Origin: an uncultured Clostridia bacterium
GTDB lineage: Bacteria; Bacillota; Clostridia; TANB77; CAG-508
Assembly: GCA_944386385.1 (NCBI GenBank)
Contig: CALXAV010000009.1
Coordinates: 3,615 to 67,614, forward strand
Length of the DNA: 64,000 bases
Direction: 5' to 3'
The stretch's first letter is position 1; the number at the start of each line of letters is the position of its first letter. The notes beneath the pieces were generated by a model, which saw only the letters and a program-made list of their open reading frames with translations, was not told the DNA's origin and ran no database searches. Of the stretch, positions 48,307-59,176 are shown one piece after another. A program made the translations under genes and the position numbers.

Positions 48307-49358
48307 TTTTCTTCTCCTTCGTGACTTTTTTGTTTCTCATTCTCAAGGCCTTCTCCTAATCTTTCTTTTGCCTTCCTTACTCCTGATAAATTAACCTCTT
48401 CACTTGCTCTATAAGAATCTAATAAAATTTTAAGTACATGCCCTCTTCTATCTGTTGATTTATCACTCTCTCTTTCAGTTTCTTTTTGTCTTTCCATTTC
48501 TAAATAATCTAAGGCTTGTGTTGCCGAATCATCTTGACTTAAATGTACTGATGTTTTTGCCAAATTTTGAGCTAATTGTTTATTTCCAATTCCTCTTTCT
48601 AGAATATTTTTTCTTTCTAACTCTCCCTGTTTCGTTTCTATTGTTTCTTGCTCTTCTTGACTCATTTGTTTTAATAATCTAACGTTTCCAGATAAGACTG
48701 CATCGCTTATTGCTCTAGCTTTTCCTGTTACTTTACTATCCATCTCTGAAAAGAAACTATCTTTTTCTTCTTCAGGTAAAAATTCATAATAATCTGGATT
48801 CCTAACAAAATTTATTTCTCCATCACTTTGTGTATAATGACCTAAAATGAATTCTTTTGGAACCCTTCCTTTTCCATTTTCCTCTTTACATACTGTATCT
48901 AATACACAAGTTGTTCTATGGTTATTTCCAGCACATTCTACATCCATTGATGGAAATCCTAAATAGAGTTCTTTTCCTTCACTGTTTGAAATAATATATG
49001 GTGCTAGGACTATAACATTTAATTTCTGTTCATCATCTCCCCAAGAATAATCAACTATATTTTGCCTAGTACCTTTACCTTCTACGCTTGTTCCAAAAGA
49101 ACTTACAGTTGATAATATTCCTTCATTTTCCTTTAGTTCTATACCATTTTCGAGAATACTATTTAATTTTCCTTCTCTATCACCTTTAGTAATTGAATGG
49201 ACACCAATTCCGTAAGTTCCACCATTCATAATCTTTTCTATATAATCGAACATTTTATCTGAATTACTTTTTTGATGATTTTCAGTTTTTATCTCACTAT
49301 CAACATCTATTCCTTTAATTGCTTTTCTTTCGTTTTCGTCCAAAATTATTTTTCTCAT
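48303..49358 (-). CDS. Hypothetical protein (351 aa): globular N-terminal domain plus a charged coiled-coil tail
   Basis: ORF. No recognisable family. Confidence 0.5.
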   Translation of the reverse strand: MRKIILDENERKAIKGIDVDSEIKTENHQKSNSDKMFDYIEKIMNGGTYGIGVHSITKGDREGKLNSILENGIELKENEGILSTVSSFGTSVEGKGTRQNIVDYSWGDDEQKLNVIVLAPYIISNSEGKELYLGFPSMDVECAGNNHRTTCVLDTVCKEENGKGRVPKEFILGHYTQSDGEINFVRNPDYYEFLPEEEKDSFFSEMDSKVTGKARAISDAVLSGNVRLLKQMSQEEQETIETKQGELERKNILERGIGNKQLAQNLAKTSVHLSQDDSATQALDYLEMERQKETERESDKSTDRRGHVLKILLDSYRASEEVNLSGVRKAKERLGEGLENEKQKSHEGEEK

Positions 49359-49494
49359 GTATTTTTATATCCTTTCTTTATATCATATACAAATCTATTA
49401 TAGCATATAATTTAATTTTTTATATAAAAATTTAAATATTTTTATAAATAAAAAAAGACATGGAATCTAATTTCCAGCCTTTTTATTATAAATA

Positions 49495-50031
49495 TTATAT
49501 TAATTGTAATATTGCAACTTCTGCTCCGTCTCCTCTTCTTGGACCAGCTTTAACGATACGTGTATATCCACCTACGTTTTTACCAGCATATTTTGGAGCT
49601 ATTTCGTTGAATAATTTTGATGGTAAATCTATATTATTACCTTTTTCATCTTTAACTTTGTTTAAAGTTTTCATCATTTTTCTTCTAGCATTTAATCTAG
49701 ATGGCATATCTTTTTGTCTCTTTTCAGTTGTTGTTTCTTTTACAACTTTAAGATATTCTTTACCATTTTTGCTTTTTACTAGTTCTGTTTCTTTATTTCC
49801 TTTAGAATCTAGTTTAGCTTTTACAACTTTAACATCTACCATTTCGAAATTATCTTTTTCTTTTATTGCTAAAGATATAATACTATCAGCCATTGCTTTA
49901 ACTTCTTTAGCTCTAGGTAATGTTGTTTCAACTTTACCATGTAAAATAAGGTCAGTTGTTAATGTTCTAAGCATTGCCATTCTTATGTCTGTTGTTCTTC
50001 CTAACTTTCTATTAGTTGCCAATTTTTTCAC
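49495..50031 (-). CDS. rplQ: 50S ribosomal protein L17, extended form (178 aa)
   Basis: KLGRTTDIRMAMLRTLTTDLI N-terminus and GGYTRIVKAGPRRGDGAEVAILQLI C-terminus, with about 55 extra residues between them. Confidence 0.9.
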   Translation of the reverse strand: MKKLATNRKLGRTTDIRMAMLRTLTTDLILHGKVETTLPRAKEVKAMADSIISLAIKEKDNFEMVDVKVVKAKLDSKGNKETELVKSKNGKEYLKVVKETTTEKRQKDMPSRLNARRKMMKTLNKVKDEKGNNIDLPSKLFNEIAPKYAGKNVGGYTRIVKAGPRRGDGAEVAILQLI

Positions 50032-50046
50032 CTTCCTTTATTCCTA

Positions 50047-50994
50047 TTATTCGTCTTCTTTAGCAAAATCTAGTCCCAATGAATGTAATTTTGCTGTTAC
50101 TTCTTCTAATGATTTCTTTCCAAGGTTTCTTACCTTCATCATTTCATTTTCAGTTTTATTTGTTAAATCTTCAACTGTTCCAATTCCTGCTCTCTTCAAA
50201 CAGTTAAATGATCTTACAGATAATTCTAGTTCTTCTATTGTCATTTCTAGAACTTTTTCTTTCTTAGATTCTTCTTTTTCTATCATAACTTGTGTATTCT
50301 TTGTAGCTTCTGATAGATCTATAAATAATTCTAAGTGTCCTGTCATAACTTTAGCTGCTAAACTTAAAGCTTCATGAGCTTTTAAGCTTCCGTCTGTCCA
50401 AACTTCAATTACTAATTTATCATAATCTACCATTTGTCCAACTCTAGTATTTTCTACTTGATAATTTACCTTTTTAACAGGTGTATAAATTGAATCAATT
50501 GGAAGTACAGATATATCTTGATTTGGTTTTTTATTCTTTTCTGAAGAATTATAACCTCTTCCTCTATCAGCTGTCATTTCCATTTTTAAACTTCCACCTT
50601 CAGAAACTGTTGCTATATGTAATTCTGGATTTAATATTTCAACAGTACCATCAGTAATGATATCTGCTGCTAATACTTCTCCTTCACCTTTCTTATCTAT
50701 TCTTAATATTTTTTCTTCATTATCATCAAATTTTAATCTTACATTCTTTAAATTAAGAATAATATCTGGTACATCTTCTACTACATTATCAATGTCTGAA
50801 AATTCATGTAAAACTCCATCAATTTTCACACTTGTTATAGCACATCCTGGAAGAGATGAAAGTAAAATTCTTCTTAGTGAATTTCCTATTGTTACTCCAT
50901 AACCTCTTTCTAATGGTTCGCATACAAATTTTGCATAATTATTTGTATCATCTACCTCTAGACATTCAATATTTGGCTTTTCAAATTCTATCAT
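50047..50994 (-). CDS. rpoA: DNA-directed RNA polymerase subunit alpha
   Basis: [14 protein letters not shown] and [16 protein letters not shown]. Confidence 0.95.
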   Translation of the reverse strand: MIEFEKPNIECLEVDDTNNYAKFVCEPLERGYGVTIGNSLRRILLSSLPGCAITSVKIDGVLHEFSDIDNVVEDVPDIILNLKNVRLKFDDNEEKILRIDKKGEGEVLAADIITDGTVEILNPELHIATVSEGGSLKMEMTADRGRGYNSSEKNKKPNQDISVLPIDSIYTPVKKVNYQVENTRVGQMVDYDKLVIEVWTDGSLKAHEALSLAAKVMTGHLELFIDLSEATKNTQVMIEKEESKKEKVLEMTIEELELSVRSFNCLKRAGIGTVEDLTNKTENEMMKVRNLGKKSLEEVTAKLHSLGLDFAKEDE

Positions 50995-51104
50995 TTTTAC
51001 CTCCTAATATTCGAGAATATATCTCAAACTTTTTAAAACTAAATAGTTTCTTCTCAAGTAAAATTTAAAAGTTCTTATTAAATCTTTTTTATTACTTCTA
51101 ACTA

Positions 51105-51731
51105 TTATTTTGAGTAAAGCTCTACTATTAAATGTTCTTCTATTGGAATATCAATATCTTCTCTAGACGCTAATCTGATTACTTTACCACTTAAGTTTTC
51201 AGTATCTTTTTCAAGCCATGCTGGAACTGGTCTTTTTGCTGATTCTTGGGCATTTACTTTTATTGTTCCGTTATCTTTTTTATTTTCTCTTACTGTAATT
51301 ACGTCACCTGCTTTTACTAAGTATGATGGAATATTAACTTTCTTTCCATTTACTTCAAATTGTGCATGTGTTACAAGTTGTCTTGCTTGAGCTCTTGATG
51401 CTCCAAATCCTAATCTATAAACAACATTATCTAATCTACTTTCTAATATTTGTAATAGTTCTTCACCTGTTACACCTTTTTTATTAGAAGCCATTTCAAA
51501 ATATTTTCTAAATTGTTTTTCTCCAACTCCGTAATATGCTTTTGTTTTTTGTTTTTCTCTTAACTGTGTTCCGTATTCAGAAAGTTTTGCTCTTTTTTGT
51601 CCATGTTCTCCTGGTGCATAATTTCTTCTTGAAATACTACATTTGTCAGAATAACATCTATCACCTTTTAAGAACAATTTTTGTCCTTCTCTACGGCATA
51701 TACGACATTGTTCATCTTTATATCTTGCCAT
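51105..51731 (-). CDS. rpsD: 30S ribosomal protein S4
   Basis: [16 protein letters not shown].., [14 protein letters not shown]. Confidence 0.95.
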   Translation of the reverse strand: MARYKDEQCRICRREGQKLFLKGDRCYSDKCSISRRNYAPGEHGQKRAKLSEYGTQLREKQKTKAYYGVGEKQFRKYFEMASNKKGVTGEELLQILESRLDNVVYRLGFGASRAQARQLVTHAQFEVNGKKVNIPSYLVKAGDVITVRENKKDNGTIKVNAQESAKRPVPAWLEKDTENLSGKVIRLASREDIDIPIEEHLIVELYSK

Positions 51732-51814
51732 TTTTATACTCCTTTCTTTTTTATGACAAGGGATTTCTTCTCTTCTATTCCCTTTATATATTTTTCTCTA
51801 ATTTTTATTCTTCT

Positions 51815-51906
51815 AAGGTATACAAAAATCACTTGTGATTTTTGTATTAATCATCTGTAGCACTCAAAAATTTGCAATACAAATTTTTTCATTAACATCT
51901 GATTAA
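51815..51906 (-). repeat. Two-hairpin spacer module, copy A (between rpsK and rpsD)
   Basis: mRNA sense: TTAATCA...TGATTAA outer stem beginning at the rpsK stop, then ATACAAAAATCAC/GTGATTTTTGTAT hairpin followed by ACCTTAG. Confidence 0.6.
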
Positions 51907-52298
51907 ACTCTTCTTCTTTTTGGTGGTCTACAACCATTATGTGGTATTGGTGTTACATCTTTGATTGCACTTATCTCTAAACCAGCTGTTTGAAGTGAAC
52001 GAATTGCTGCTTCTCTTCCTGAACCTGGTCCTTTAACAAATACTTCAACAGATTTCAAACCATGTTCCATTGCAATTTTAGCTGCTGTTTCAGCAACTTG
52101 ACCTGCTGCAAATGGTGTGCTTTTTCTAGAACCTTTATATCCTAATTCTCCAGCACTTCCCCATGAGATAGTATTTCCTTGAGTATCTGTTATTGTAACT
52201 ATTGTATTGTTAAAACTAGAATGAATGTGAGCTGCACCTTTTTCGATGTTTTTTCTATTTCTTCTAGCTACTTTTTTTGTTGTTACATTTTTAGCCAT
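51903..52298 (-). CDS. rpsK: 30S ribosomal protein S11
   Basis: [26 protein letters not shown]. Confidence 0.95.
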   Translation of the reverse strand: MAKNVTTKKVARRNRKNIEKGAAHIHSSFNNTIVTITDTQGNTISWGSAGELGYKGSRKSTPFAAGQVAETAAKIAMEHGLKSVEVFVKGPGSGREAAIRSLQTAGLEISAIKDVTPIPHNGCRPPKRRRV

Positions 52299-52359
52299 TT
52301 CGCTTTTTCCTCCTTGTTCAAAATTATTTTATATTTTGAAATTCTATTTTTATTGTTAA

Positions 52360-52728
52360 TTATTTTTTACTTTTGCTTACTAGTTTTCTAGGACCTTTTC
52401 TTGTTCTAGCATTTGTTTTAGTTCTTTGTCCTCTAACTGGTAAACCTCTTCTGTGTCTTAATCCTCTATAGCAACCAATTTCTGTTAATCTCTTGATGTT
52501 TAATGCTACTTCTCTTCTTAAGTCACCTTCAACAACATAAGATTCGTCAATTACTTTTCTTATATCATTTACTTGGTCATCAGTTAAATCTTTAACTCTA
52601 ATGTCTGGATTTACCCCAGCTTTTTCAAGAATTTTTCTAGAACTTGATACTCCTATACCATAAATATATGTAAGTCCTATTTCTACTCTTTTTTCCTTAG
52701 GTAAGTCTATTCCTGCTATACGAGCCAT
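52360..52728 (-). CDS. rpsM: 30S ribosomal protein S13
   Basis: [15 protein letters not shown] start (RBS GGAGGTG). The track ORF is over-extended upstream. Confidence 0.95.
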   Translation of the reverse strand: MARIAGIDLPKEKRVEIGLTYIYGIGVSSSRKILEKAGVNPDIRVKDLTDDQVNDIRKVIDESYVVEGDLRREVALNIKRLTEIGCYRGLRHRRGLPVRGQRTKTNARTRKGPRKLVSKSKK

Positions 52729-52930
52729 ATTTTTTTGCACCTCCAAAAATTTTTTGTTTTGTTTGTCCAAAATCAACTTAAAAAGTGAAATGATACCGGT
52801 GTTTACCCCAGTCAGTTTAAGTTCTTTTAGACATATATATAAACACAAATTAGATAATGTAATCTAAAGAATTTTAATTTTCTTTAAATCCACAGCCGCT
52901 ACCTCATTTGTGTTATTAACTATTTAGGAA

Positions 52931-53044
52931 TTAACCTTGTCTTTGTTTGTGTTTAGGGTTTTCACAAATTACTCTAATAACCCCTTTTCTTTTTATAACT
53001 TTGCATTTATCGCAAATTGGTTTTACTGATGGTCTTACTTTCAT
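52931..53044 (-). CDS. rpmJ: 50S ribosomal protein L36 (Zn-binding form)
   Basis: Own translation [37 protein letters not shown]. Below the ORF-track cutoff. Confidence 0.95.
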   Translation of the reverse strand: MKVRPSVKPICDKCKVIKRKGVIRVICENPKHKQRQG

Positions 53045-53104
53045 TACTATAGCACCTCCTTGGCTTTGCTTTATATATATCTTCTTTTGGGTTAATCTAA
53101 TTTA

Positions 53105-53323
53105 TTATTTTGCTCTCCAAGTAATTCTTCCCCTTGTTAAATCATAAGGTGAAAGCTCTACTTTTACTTTATCACCTGGTAATATTTTTATATAATTCAT
53201 TCTTAACTTACCAGATATATGAGCAAGTATTTGATGTCCATTTTGTAGTTCTACTTTAAATACAGTATTTGGTAGTGCTTCTACTACCTTTCCTTCTACT
53301 TCAATTACATCTTCTTTTGCCAA
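53105..53323 (-). CDS. infA: Translation initiation factor IF-1
   Basis: [30 protein letters not shown]. Confidence 0.95.
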   Translation of the reverse strand: MAKEDVIEVEGKVVEALPNTVFKVELQNGHQILAHISGKLRMNYIKILPGDKVKVELSPYDLTRGRITWRAK

Positions 53324-53411
53324 TTTCTTTCCCTCCTATTTTTAAGAGTTTTCATATTTTTATGCAAAATTTGGCTATTGTGCATAATAACTACTATATT
53401 ATACATCATGA

Positions 53412-54182
53412 TTATAGAATTGTCAAGATTTCTGGCTCTTTTTCTGTAATTAAAATTGTATTTTCATAATGTGCTGCCAAACTTCCATCTTCTGTTATAA
53501 TTGTCCAACCATCATCAAGCTCTAAAATGTTTGGTTTTCCTTGAATTACCATAGGTTCTATGGCTAAAGTCATTCCTGGTTCTAGTCTTATTCCTCTTCC
53601 TGCTTTTCCGTAGTTTGGTATTCCTGGATCTTCATGCATTTCTCTTCCTATTCCATGACCTTGGAATTCTCTTACAACAGAATATCCTTGAGAACGTACA
53701 TATTCTCCTATCGCATGACATACATCACCTATTCTATATCCTGGTTTTGCATATTTAATACCTTCAAAAAATGCTTGTTTTGTAACTTCTACTAATCTTT
53801 TTGCATCTTTAGACACATTTCCTATCATAAATGTTCTTGCAGCATCTCCATTAAAACCATTTTTAAGTGCTACTGTATCTACACTTACAATATCTCCTTC
53901 TCTTATAACTCTATGTTTTGAAGGAATACCATGAATAACTTCATCATTAACAGATATGCAAATAGATGCTGGAAATGGTGGTACACCCCTTATTCCTGAA
54001 GGATATCCCTTTTCTGCTGGAAGTGCACCTTCTCTTCTTATTATTTTTTCTGCTAGAACATCTACATCATAAGTTGTCATGCCTGGCTTTATTTTCTTTT
54101 CTAACTCTTCATACATAACAGCAACAACTCTGCATGCTTCTCTCATGTATTCTATTTCTTTTTTTGATTTAATTGTTACCAA
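53412..54182 (-). CDS. map: Type I methionine aminopeptidase
   Basis: VHGIP, DIVSVD, GHGIGREMHE, EPM, EN metal ligand pattern. Confidence 0.95.
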   Translation of the reverse strand: MVTIKSKKEIEYMREACRVVAVMYEELEKKIKPGMTTYDVDVLAEKIIRREGALPAEKGYPSGIRGVPPFPASICISVNDEVIHGIPSKHRVIREGDIVSVDTVALKNGFNGDAARTFMIGNVSKDAKRLVEVTKQAFFEGIKYAKPGYRIGDVCHAIGEYVRSQGYSVVREFQGHGIGREMHEDPGIPNYGKAGRGIRLEPGMTLAIEPMVIQGKPNILELDDGWTIITEDGSLAAHYENTILITEKEPEILTIL

Positions 54183-54194
54183 TTTTATCGTCTC

Positions 54195-54863
54195 CTATTT
54201 TTCTTCTTTAATAAATTTTAAAACATCTTCAGCAACATCTTTTCCAAGTTTATTTATTGATTTGCTTACTACTGCTGAATATAAATTACCTTTTTTCTCA
54301 TAATATTCAACTAATGGACTTGTTTGTTCAATATAACTATTAAATCTTGCTTTTACAGTTTCTTCATTGTCATCTTTTCTTTGAATTAATTCAGCTCCAC
54401 ATTTATCACAAATTCCTTCTTGTTTTGGTGGATTTAACACTAAATTATATACTGTCTTACAATCTGGATTTGAACAGATTCTTCTGTTTACTATTCTTTC
54501 TATTATTTCTTCTTCTGGTGTTGTCAAATTTATTACTAAATCAACTTTTTCACCTTTTTTCTCTAATAACTTATCTAATTCTTCTGCTTGTTTTACTGTT
54601 CTTGGGAATCCATCTAGTATAATTCCAGCTTGAACATCGTCATCTTCTAATCTATTTTCTACTAATCCTATTGTAACGTTATCTGGTACTAATTCTCCTT
54701 TTGATATATAACTTTCAGCTAACTTTCCTAATTCTGTCTTTTCTTGTATATGTTTTCTAAAAATATCTCCTGTTGATACTTGTGGTATACCTAAACTTTC
54801 TTTCAATATACCTGCTATAGTTCCTTTTCCTGTACCAGGTGCTCCTAACATAATAATTACCAT
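54195..54863 (-). CDS. adk: Adenylate kinase (Zn-lid form)
   Basis: GAPGTGKGT, LDGFPRT, lid CSNPDC..CDKCG. Confidence 0.95.
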   Translation of the reverse strand: MVIIMLGAPGTGKGTIAGILKESLGIPQVSTGDIFRKHIQEKTELGKLAESYISKGELVPDNVTIGLVENRLEDDDVQAGIILDGFPRTVKQAEELDKLLEKKGEKVDLVINLTTPEEEIIERIVNRRICSNPDCKTVYNLVLNPPKQEGICDKCGAELIQRKDDNEETVKARFNSYIEQTSPLVEYYEKKGNLYSAVVSKSINKLGKDVAEDVLKFIKEEK

Positions 54864-55011
54864 TATTTAAACACTTCCTCTACTTTTGTTTTAAGATTAT
54901 TTCTTAATAATCTTTAGCATATTCATTATTAAATTTTATAACAAACATGATAAAAATTATTAAAACAAGATTTTGGGACGTCTTTTGTCGACAAAATCCG
55001 TCCCATATATT

Positions 55012-56331
55012 TTACTCTAAAAATCCTTTGTAATGTCTCATTGCTAATTGAGATTCTAATTGTTGAACAGTCTCTAATGCAACACCTACAACGATTAATA
55101 TTGATGTACCACCAAATGCGATATTTAAGTTTGTGAATCTTAGAAGCATTGGAATAATTGCTATCAATGCTAAGAAGAATCCTCCAAACCATGTTAATTT
55201 TGATATTATTGATGATAAATAATCTGTTGTTGGTTTTCCTGCTCTTATTCCTGGAATAAATCCACCATTTTTCTTAATATTGTTTGATACTTCTGCTGGA
55301 TTGAATGTAGCATAAGTATAGAAAAATGTAAATCCCAAAATTAGTAATAAATATACAAGTGCATTTGCTATAGAATATCCAATTGGTACATTTGAAGTTG
55401 ATGTGGCAATTGAGAAATTATATAGTCCTGCTAAAAATCCTGTTTGATTTGCTATATCTGGTACAAATATTTGAATTATCATAGCTGGGAATGTCATAAA
55501 GCTACTTGCAAAAATAACTGGCATAACACCCGCCATAGCAAGTTTTAATGGAATATGTGTGCTTTGTGCCCCCATCATTTTTCTTCCAACTACTTTTTTA
55601 GAATATTGTACAGGTACTCTTCTCTCTGCTTGTTGTACAAATACAACACCTGCAACTAAAATAATTGCTCCAATAACAATTCCTATTGCTAATAATAATC
55701 CTGTTGTACTAAATCCTGCATCTGTCATGATTAAATTCCACAATGTTGTTATTCCACTTGGTAATCCTGAAATGATACCTATGAAAATTAATAATGAAAT
55801 TCCGTTTCCGATTCCTTTAGCTGTAATTTGTTCTCCAAGCCACATAAGTATTGATGTACCAGCAACTAATCCAGTTACTACCAACACTCCTGTTAAGAAA
55901 CTATTATCTACGAATATTCCAGATGATTGGTAAGATAAATAAATACCAATTCCTTCAACTAAAGCAAGTATTATTGTTAAAATTTTAGTATATCTATTTA
56001 TCTTTCTTCTTCCTTCTTCTCCACCTTCTTTAGTCAATTTCTCCAATGATGGAATAATCATTGCAAGTAATTGAATTACGATAGAAGCTGTGATGTATGG
56101 ACTAATTGACATTGCAAAAACAGAAAATCTTGAGAAAGCACCTCCTGAAATCATATCAATTAATCCAGCTATTCCATTAGTATTACTCATTGCATCATTT
56201 AGAGCTATACTGTCAACTCCTGGTACTGTTATATAACATCCAAATCTAAATACAACGACTAATAATAATGTATATAATAATCTTTTTCTAACATCAGGTG
56301 TTTTTAATGCATTTTTTATTGTTTTAAACAA
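55012..56331 (-). CDS. secY: Preprotein translocase subunit SecY
   Basis: 10-TM ORF in the canonical position; GISPYITASI-like MSISPYITASIVIQLL. Confidence 0.95.
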   Translation of the reverse strand: MFKTIKNALKTPDVRKRLLYTLLLVVVFRFGCYITVPGVDSIALNDAMSNTNGIAGLIDMISGGAFSRFSVFAMSISPYITASIVIQLLAMIIPSLEKLTKEGGEEGRRKINRYTKILTIILALVEGIGIYLSYQSSGIFVDNSFLTGVLVVTGLVAGTSILMWLGEQITAKGIGNGISLLIFIGIISGLPSGITTLWNLIMTDAGFSTTGLLLAIGIVIGAIILVAGVVFVQQAERRVPVQYSKKVVGRKMMGAQSTHIPLKLAMAGVMPVIFASSFMTFPAMIIQIFVPDIANQTGFLAGLYNFSIATSTSNVPIGYSIANALVYLLLILGFTFFYTYATFNPAEVSNNIKKNGGFIPGIRAGKPTTDYLSSIISKLTWFGGFFLALIAIIPMLLRFTNLNIAFGGTSILIVVGVALETVQQLESQLAMRHYKGFLE

Positions 56332-56766
56332 CTAAATCACCTCAGCCTTTCCGCCTAAAGCTTCGATTTCTTCTTTTGCTTTTGCTGTAAATCTTTTGGC
56401 TTTAACATTTACTTTTTTATCTAATTTTCCTGTTGCTAAAATAACAATACCATCATTGATTTTTCCAATAATTCCTTCTTCTAATAAACTTTCAGCAGTA
56501 ACATCTGTATTTTTTGCTTTGCTAAGCATTTTTAATGTTACTTCTGTATAAGTTTTAGCATGGATATTATTAAATCCTCTTTTTGGTAATCTTCTAAATA
56601 ATGGAGTTTGACCACCTTCGAAACCACGTCTTACTCCTCCGCCGCTTCTAGATTTTTGTCCTTTTTGTCCTCTTGCTGATGTTTTTCCATTTCCTGAACC
56701 TATACCACGACCTACTCTATTTCTTTTTACTTTCTTTACAGCTGGTTTTAATTCGTCTATTTTCAT
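56332..56766 (-). CDS. rplO: 50S ribosomal protein L15
   Basis: [26 protein letters not shown]. Confidence 0.95.
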   Translation of the reverse strand: MKIDELKPAVKKVKRNRVGRGIGSGNGKTSARGQKGQKSRSGGGVRRGFEGGQTPLFRRLPKRGFNNIHAKTYTEVTLKMLSKAKNTDVTAESLLEEGIIGKINDGIVILATGKLDKKVNVKAKRFTAKAKEEIEALGGKAEVI

Positions 56767-56819
56767 TTTAAGCCTTGCACCTCCTTCTTTAAATTAGCAA
56801 GGAATTACCATTCCTTAAA

Positions 56820-57305
56820 TTACAAAATTTCTTCTACTTTTTTACCTCTTTTTTTAGCCACTTGTTCAACTGTCATCATTGATTTTAATCCTTCTAGTGT
56901 AGCATAAACAACGTTTCTTGGATTATTTGTTCCAATAACTTTTGTTCTTATATTTCTATATCCTGCTAATTCTAGAACTGGTCTTACACTTCCTCCAGCT
57001 ATAAGTCCAGTACCTAATTCAGCTGGTTTTAATAAAACTTTTGCACTTCCAAAAGTTCCTATATATTCATGTGGTACTGTTGTTTCAACAATAGGTACTT
57101 CAACTAAGTTCTTTTTAGCTTCTTGAATAGCCTTTCTAATAGCATCTGGAACTTCTGCTGCTTTACCGTTACCCACACCTACATGACCGTTTTCGTCGCC
57201 AACAACTACAACAGCACTAAATCTAAAAGTTCTACCACCTTTTACAACTTTAGCAACTCTGTTTATTGCAACAACTTTTTCTTTTAATTCATTTTTTTCT
57301 TCCAT
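56820..57305 (-). CDS. rpsE: 30S ribosomal protein S5
   Basis: [24 protein letters not shown]. Confidence 0.95.
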   Translation of the reverse strand: MEEKNELKEKVVAINRVAKVVKGGRTFRFSAVVVVGDENGHVGVGNGKAAEVPDAIRKAIQEAKKNLVEVPIVETTVPHEYIGTFGSAKVLLKPAELGTGLIAGGSVRPVLELAGYRNIRTKVIGTNNPRNVVYATLEGLKSMMTVEQVAKKRGKKVEEIL

Positions 57306-57443
57306 AGGTTTTAGTTTACCCTCCTTTTTGATAATCTCATTATATCTTTTTATCTAAATAATTACAATCCTTTTTTATTAATTATTTTTAATTTAAGAAT
57401 TAAAGCTTCTTTATTATTAATTATATAATTCATAAACAAGTTC

Positions 57444-57510
57444 AAGGTATACAAATGCATAAACATTTGTATCTAGTGTTTGTAATTCGCTTTGCTCATA
57501 ACAAAACACT
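57444..57510 (-). repeat. Two-hairpin spacer module, copy C (between rplR and rpsE)
   Basis: mRNA sense: AGTGTTTTGT..ACAAACACT stem, then ATACAAATG/CATTTGTAT hairpin followed by ACCTTGA. Confidence 0.55.
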
Positions 57511-57516
57511 TAGAAC

Positions 57517-57876
57517 TTAGAATTTTAATCCACCTTCTCTTGCAGCTTCAGCTAATTCTTTTACTACTCCATGATAGATGTATCCACCACGATCAAAAAC
57601 AACTGTTTCGATTTTTTTATCAGCTGCTTTTTTAGCAATTAATGCTCCTAATTCTTTAGCTGCTTCTTTGTTTGCATGTTTATTTTTTACATTTTTATCT
57701 AATGTAGAAGCAGATACTAAAGTATTTCCAGCAACATCATCAATTATTTGTACATATAAATTCGTATTACTTCTATATACACATAATCTTGGTCTTTCAG
57801 CTGTTCCAGATATTTTTCTTCTTACTCTTAAATGTCTTCTTGCTCTTTCCATTTTTCTATCTGTCTTTTTAACCAT
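57517..57876 (-). CDS. rplR: 50S ribosomal protein L18
   Basis: [29 protein letters not shown]. Confidence 0.95.
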   Translation of the reverse strand: MVKKTDRKMERARRHLRVRRKISGTAERPRLCVYRSNTNLYVQIIDDVAGNTLVSASTLDKNVKNKHANKEAAKELGALIAKKAADKKIETVVFDRGGYIYHGVVKELAEAAREGGLKF

Positions 57877-57925
57877 CTCTATTACTCCTTTCTTCTCGTA
57901 ATATTTATTTAGAATCTATTAAATT

Positions 57926-58462
57926 CTATTTACCTGTCTTTCCTTCTTTACGTCTAATAACTTCATCAGCATATTTGATACCTTTTCCTCTATATACTTC
58001 TGGTGGTCTCTTAGTTCTGATTTCAGCAGCTGTTTGACCAACTAATTCTTTATCAATTCCTTTTACTATTATTGTATTAGGATTTGGAACATCAAAAGTA
58101 ATTCCTGCAGGTGCTTCAAATATTACTGGATGTGAATATCCTAGAGACATATTTAAGTTATTTCCTTGTTTTTGAACTCTATATCCAACTCCATTTATTT
58201 GTAGTTCTTTACTATATTCATTAACTACACCTGTTATCATGTTACTAATTAAAGTTCTTGTTAAACCATGTAAACCTCTGTTAAATGGTTCGTCATTTAC
58301 TCTTGTAACTTTAATTGTATTTCCTTCCATTTCTAAAGAAATATTGTTATGTATTTCTCTTTCTAATGTACCTTTTGGTCCTTTTACAGTAATGTGTTTT
58401 CCATCTATTTTAACTTCAACACCATCTGGTACTGTAATAGGTTTATTTCCTATTCTTGACAT
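57926..58462 (-). CDS. rplF: 50S ribosomal protein L6
   Basis: MSRIGNKPITVPDGVEV. Confidence 0.95.
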   Translation of the reverse strand: MSRIGNKPITVPDGVEVKIDGKHITVKGPKGTLEREIHNNISLEMEGNTIKVTRVNDEPFNRGLHGLTRTLISNMITGVVNEYSKELQINGVGYRVQKQGNNLNMSLGYSHPVIFEAPAGITFDVPNPNTIIVKGIDKELVGQTAAEIRTKRPPEVYRGKGIKYADEVIRRKEGKTGK

Positions 58463-58511
58463 GTTAGGTTTTCCCTCCTTTTTCTTTATATATGATTACA
58501 ACACTTTATTT

Positions 58512-58910
58512 CTACCAAACGTAAGCTAATACTTCTCCACCAATTCCTAATTCTCTAGCTTCTTTATCTGTCTTTAATCCTTTTGATGTAGAAATTATAG
58601 CAATTCCTAATCCATTAAGTACTCTTGGTAGTTCGTCTCTTGTTGCATATACTCTTAATCCTGGTTTACTAATTCTTCTTAAACCATCAATTACTCTTCT
58701 TCCTTTTTCGTCATATTTAAGAGTAATTCTTATGATACCTTGTGTATCATCTTTTATTTCTTCATAAGATTTTATATATCCTTCTTTAAACAATATTTCA
58801 GCTATTCCTAATTTCATATTTGAAGCAGGAATATCAACTGTTTTATGTTTTGCACTATTTGCATTTCTTATTCTTGTTAACATATCTGCTATTGGATCTG
58901 TAATGTTCAT
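58512..58910 (-). CDS. rpsH: 30S ribosomal protein S8
   Basis: [13 protein letters not shown]. Confidence 0.95.
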   Translation of the reverse strand: MNITDPIADMLTRIRNANSAKHKTVDIPASNMKLGIAEILFKEGYIKSYEEIKDDTQGIIRITLKYDEKGRRVIDGLRRISKPGLRVYATRDELPRVLNGLGIAIISTSKGLKTDKEARELGIGGEVLAYVW

Positions 58911-58943
58911 TAATTACTTACCTCCTTTTCTTACATTATTTTA

Positions 58944-59129
58944 TTACCAGCTTGATTTCTTAACTCCTGGTATTTCTCCTTTATGAGCTAATTCTCTAAA
59001 ACAAATACGGCATATTCCATATTTTCTAATATATCCATGTGGTCTGCCACATAATTTACATCTATTATATTCTCTAGTTGTATATTTTTGTGGTCTGGCT
59101 TGTTTTATTTTCATTGATTTTTTAGCCAT
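58944..59129 (-). CDS. rpsN: 30S ribosomal protein S14 type Z (Zn-binding, 61 aa)
   Basis: [23 protein letters not shown]. Confidence 0.95.
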   Translation of the reverse strand: MAKKSMKIKQARPQKYTTREYNRCKLCGRPHGYIRKYGICRICFRELAHKGEIPGVKKSSW

Positions 59130-59176
59130 AGTTTTACTCCTTTCCTTTGACTAATTTTAAATACAATTATGAATTA

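Noticed and set aside
49460-50377. 305-aa plus-strand ORF
   Set aside because: It lies entirely antisense to rplQ and rpoA, whose translations are unmistakable. Its product is low-complexity (S/F/L-rich), and it has no RBS. It is a shadow ORF.
54929-55192. 87-aa minus-strand ORF overlapping the 3' end of secY
   Set aside because: It is out of frame within secY and the secY-adk spacer. It has no RBS and the peptide is implausible.
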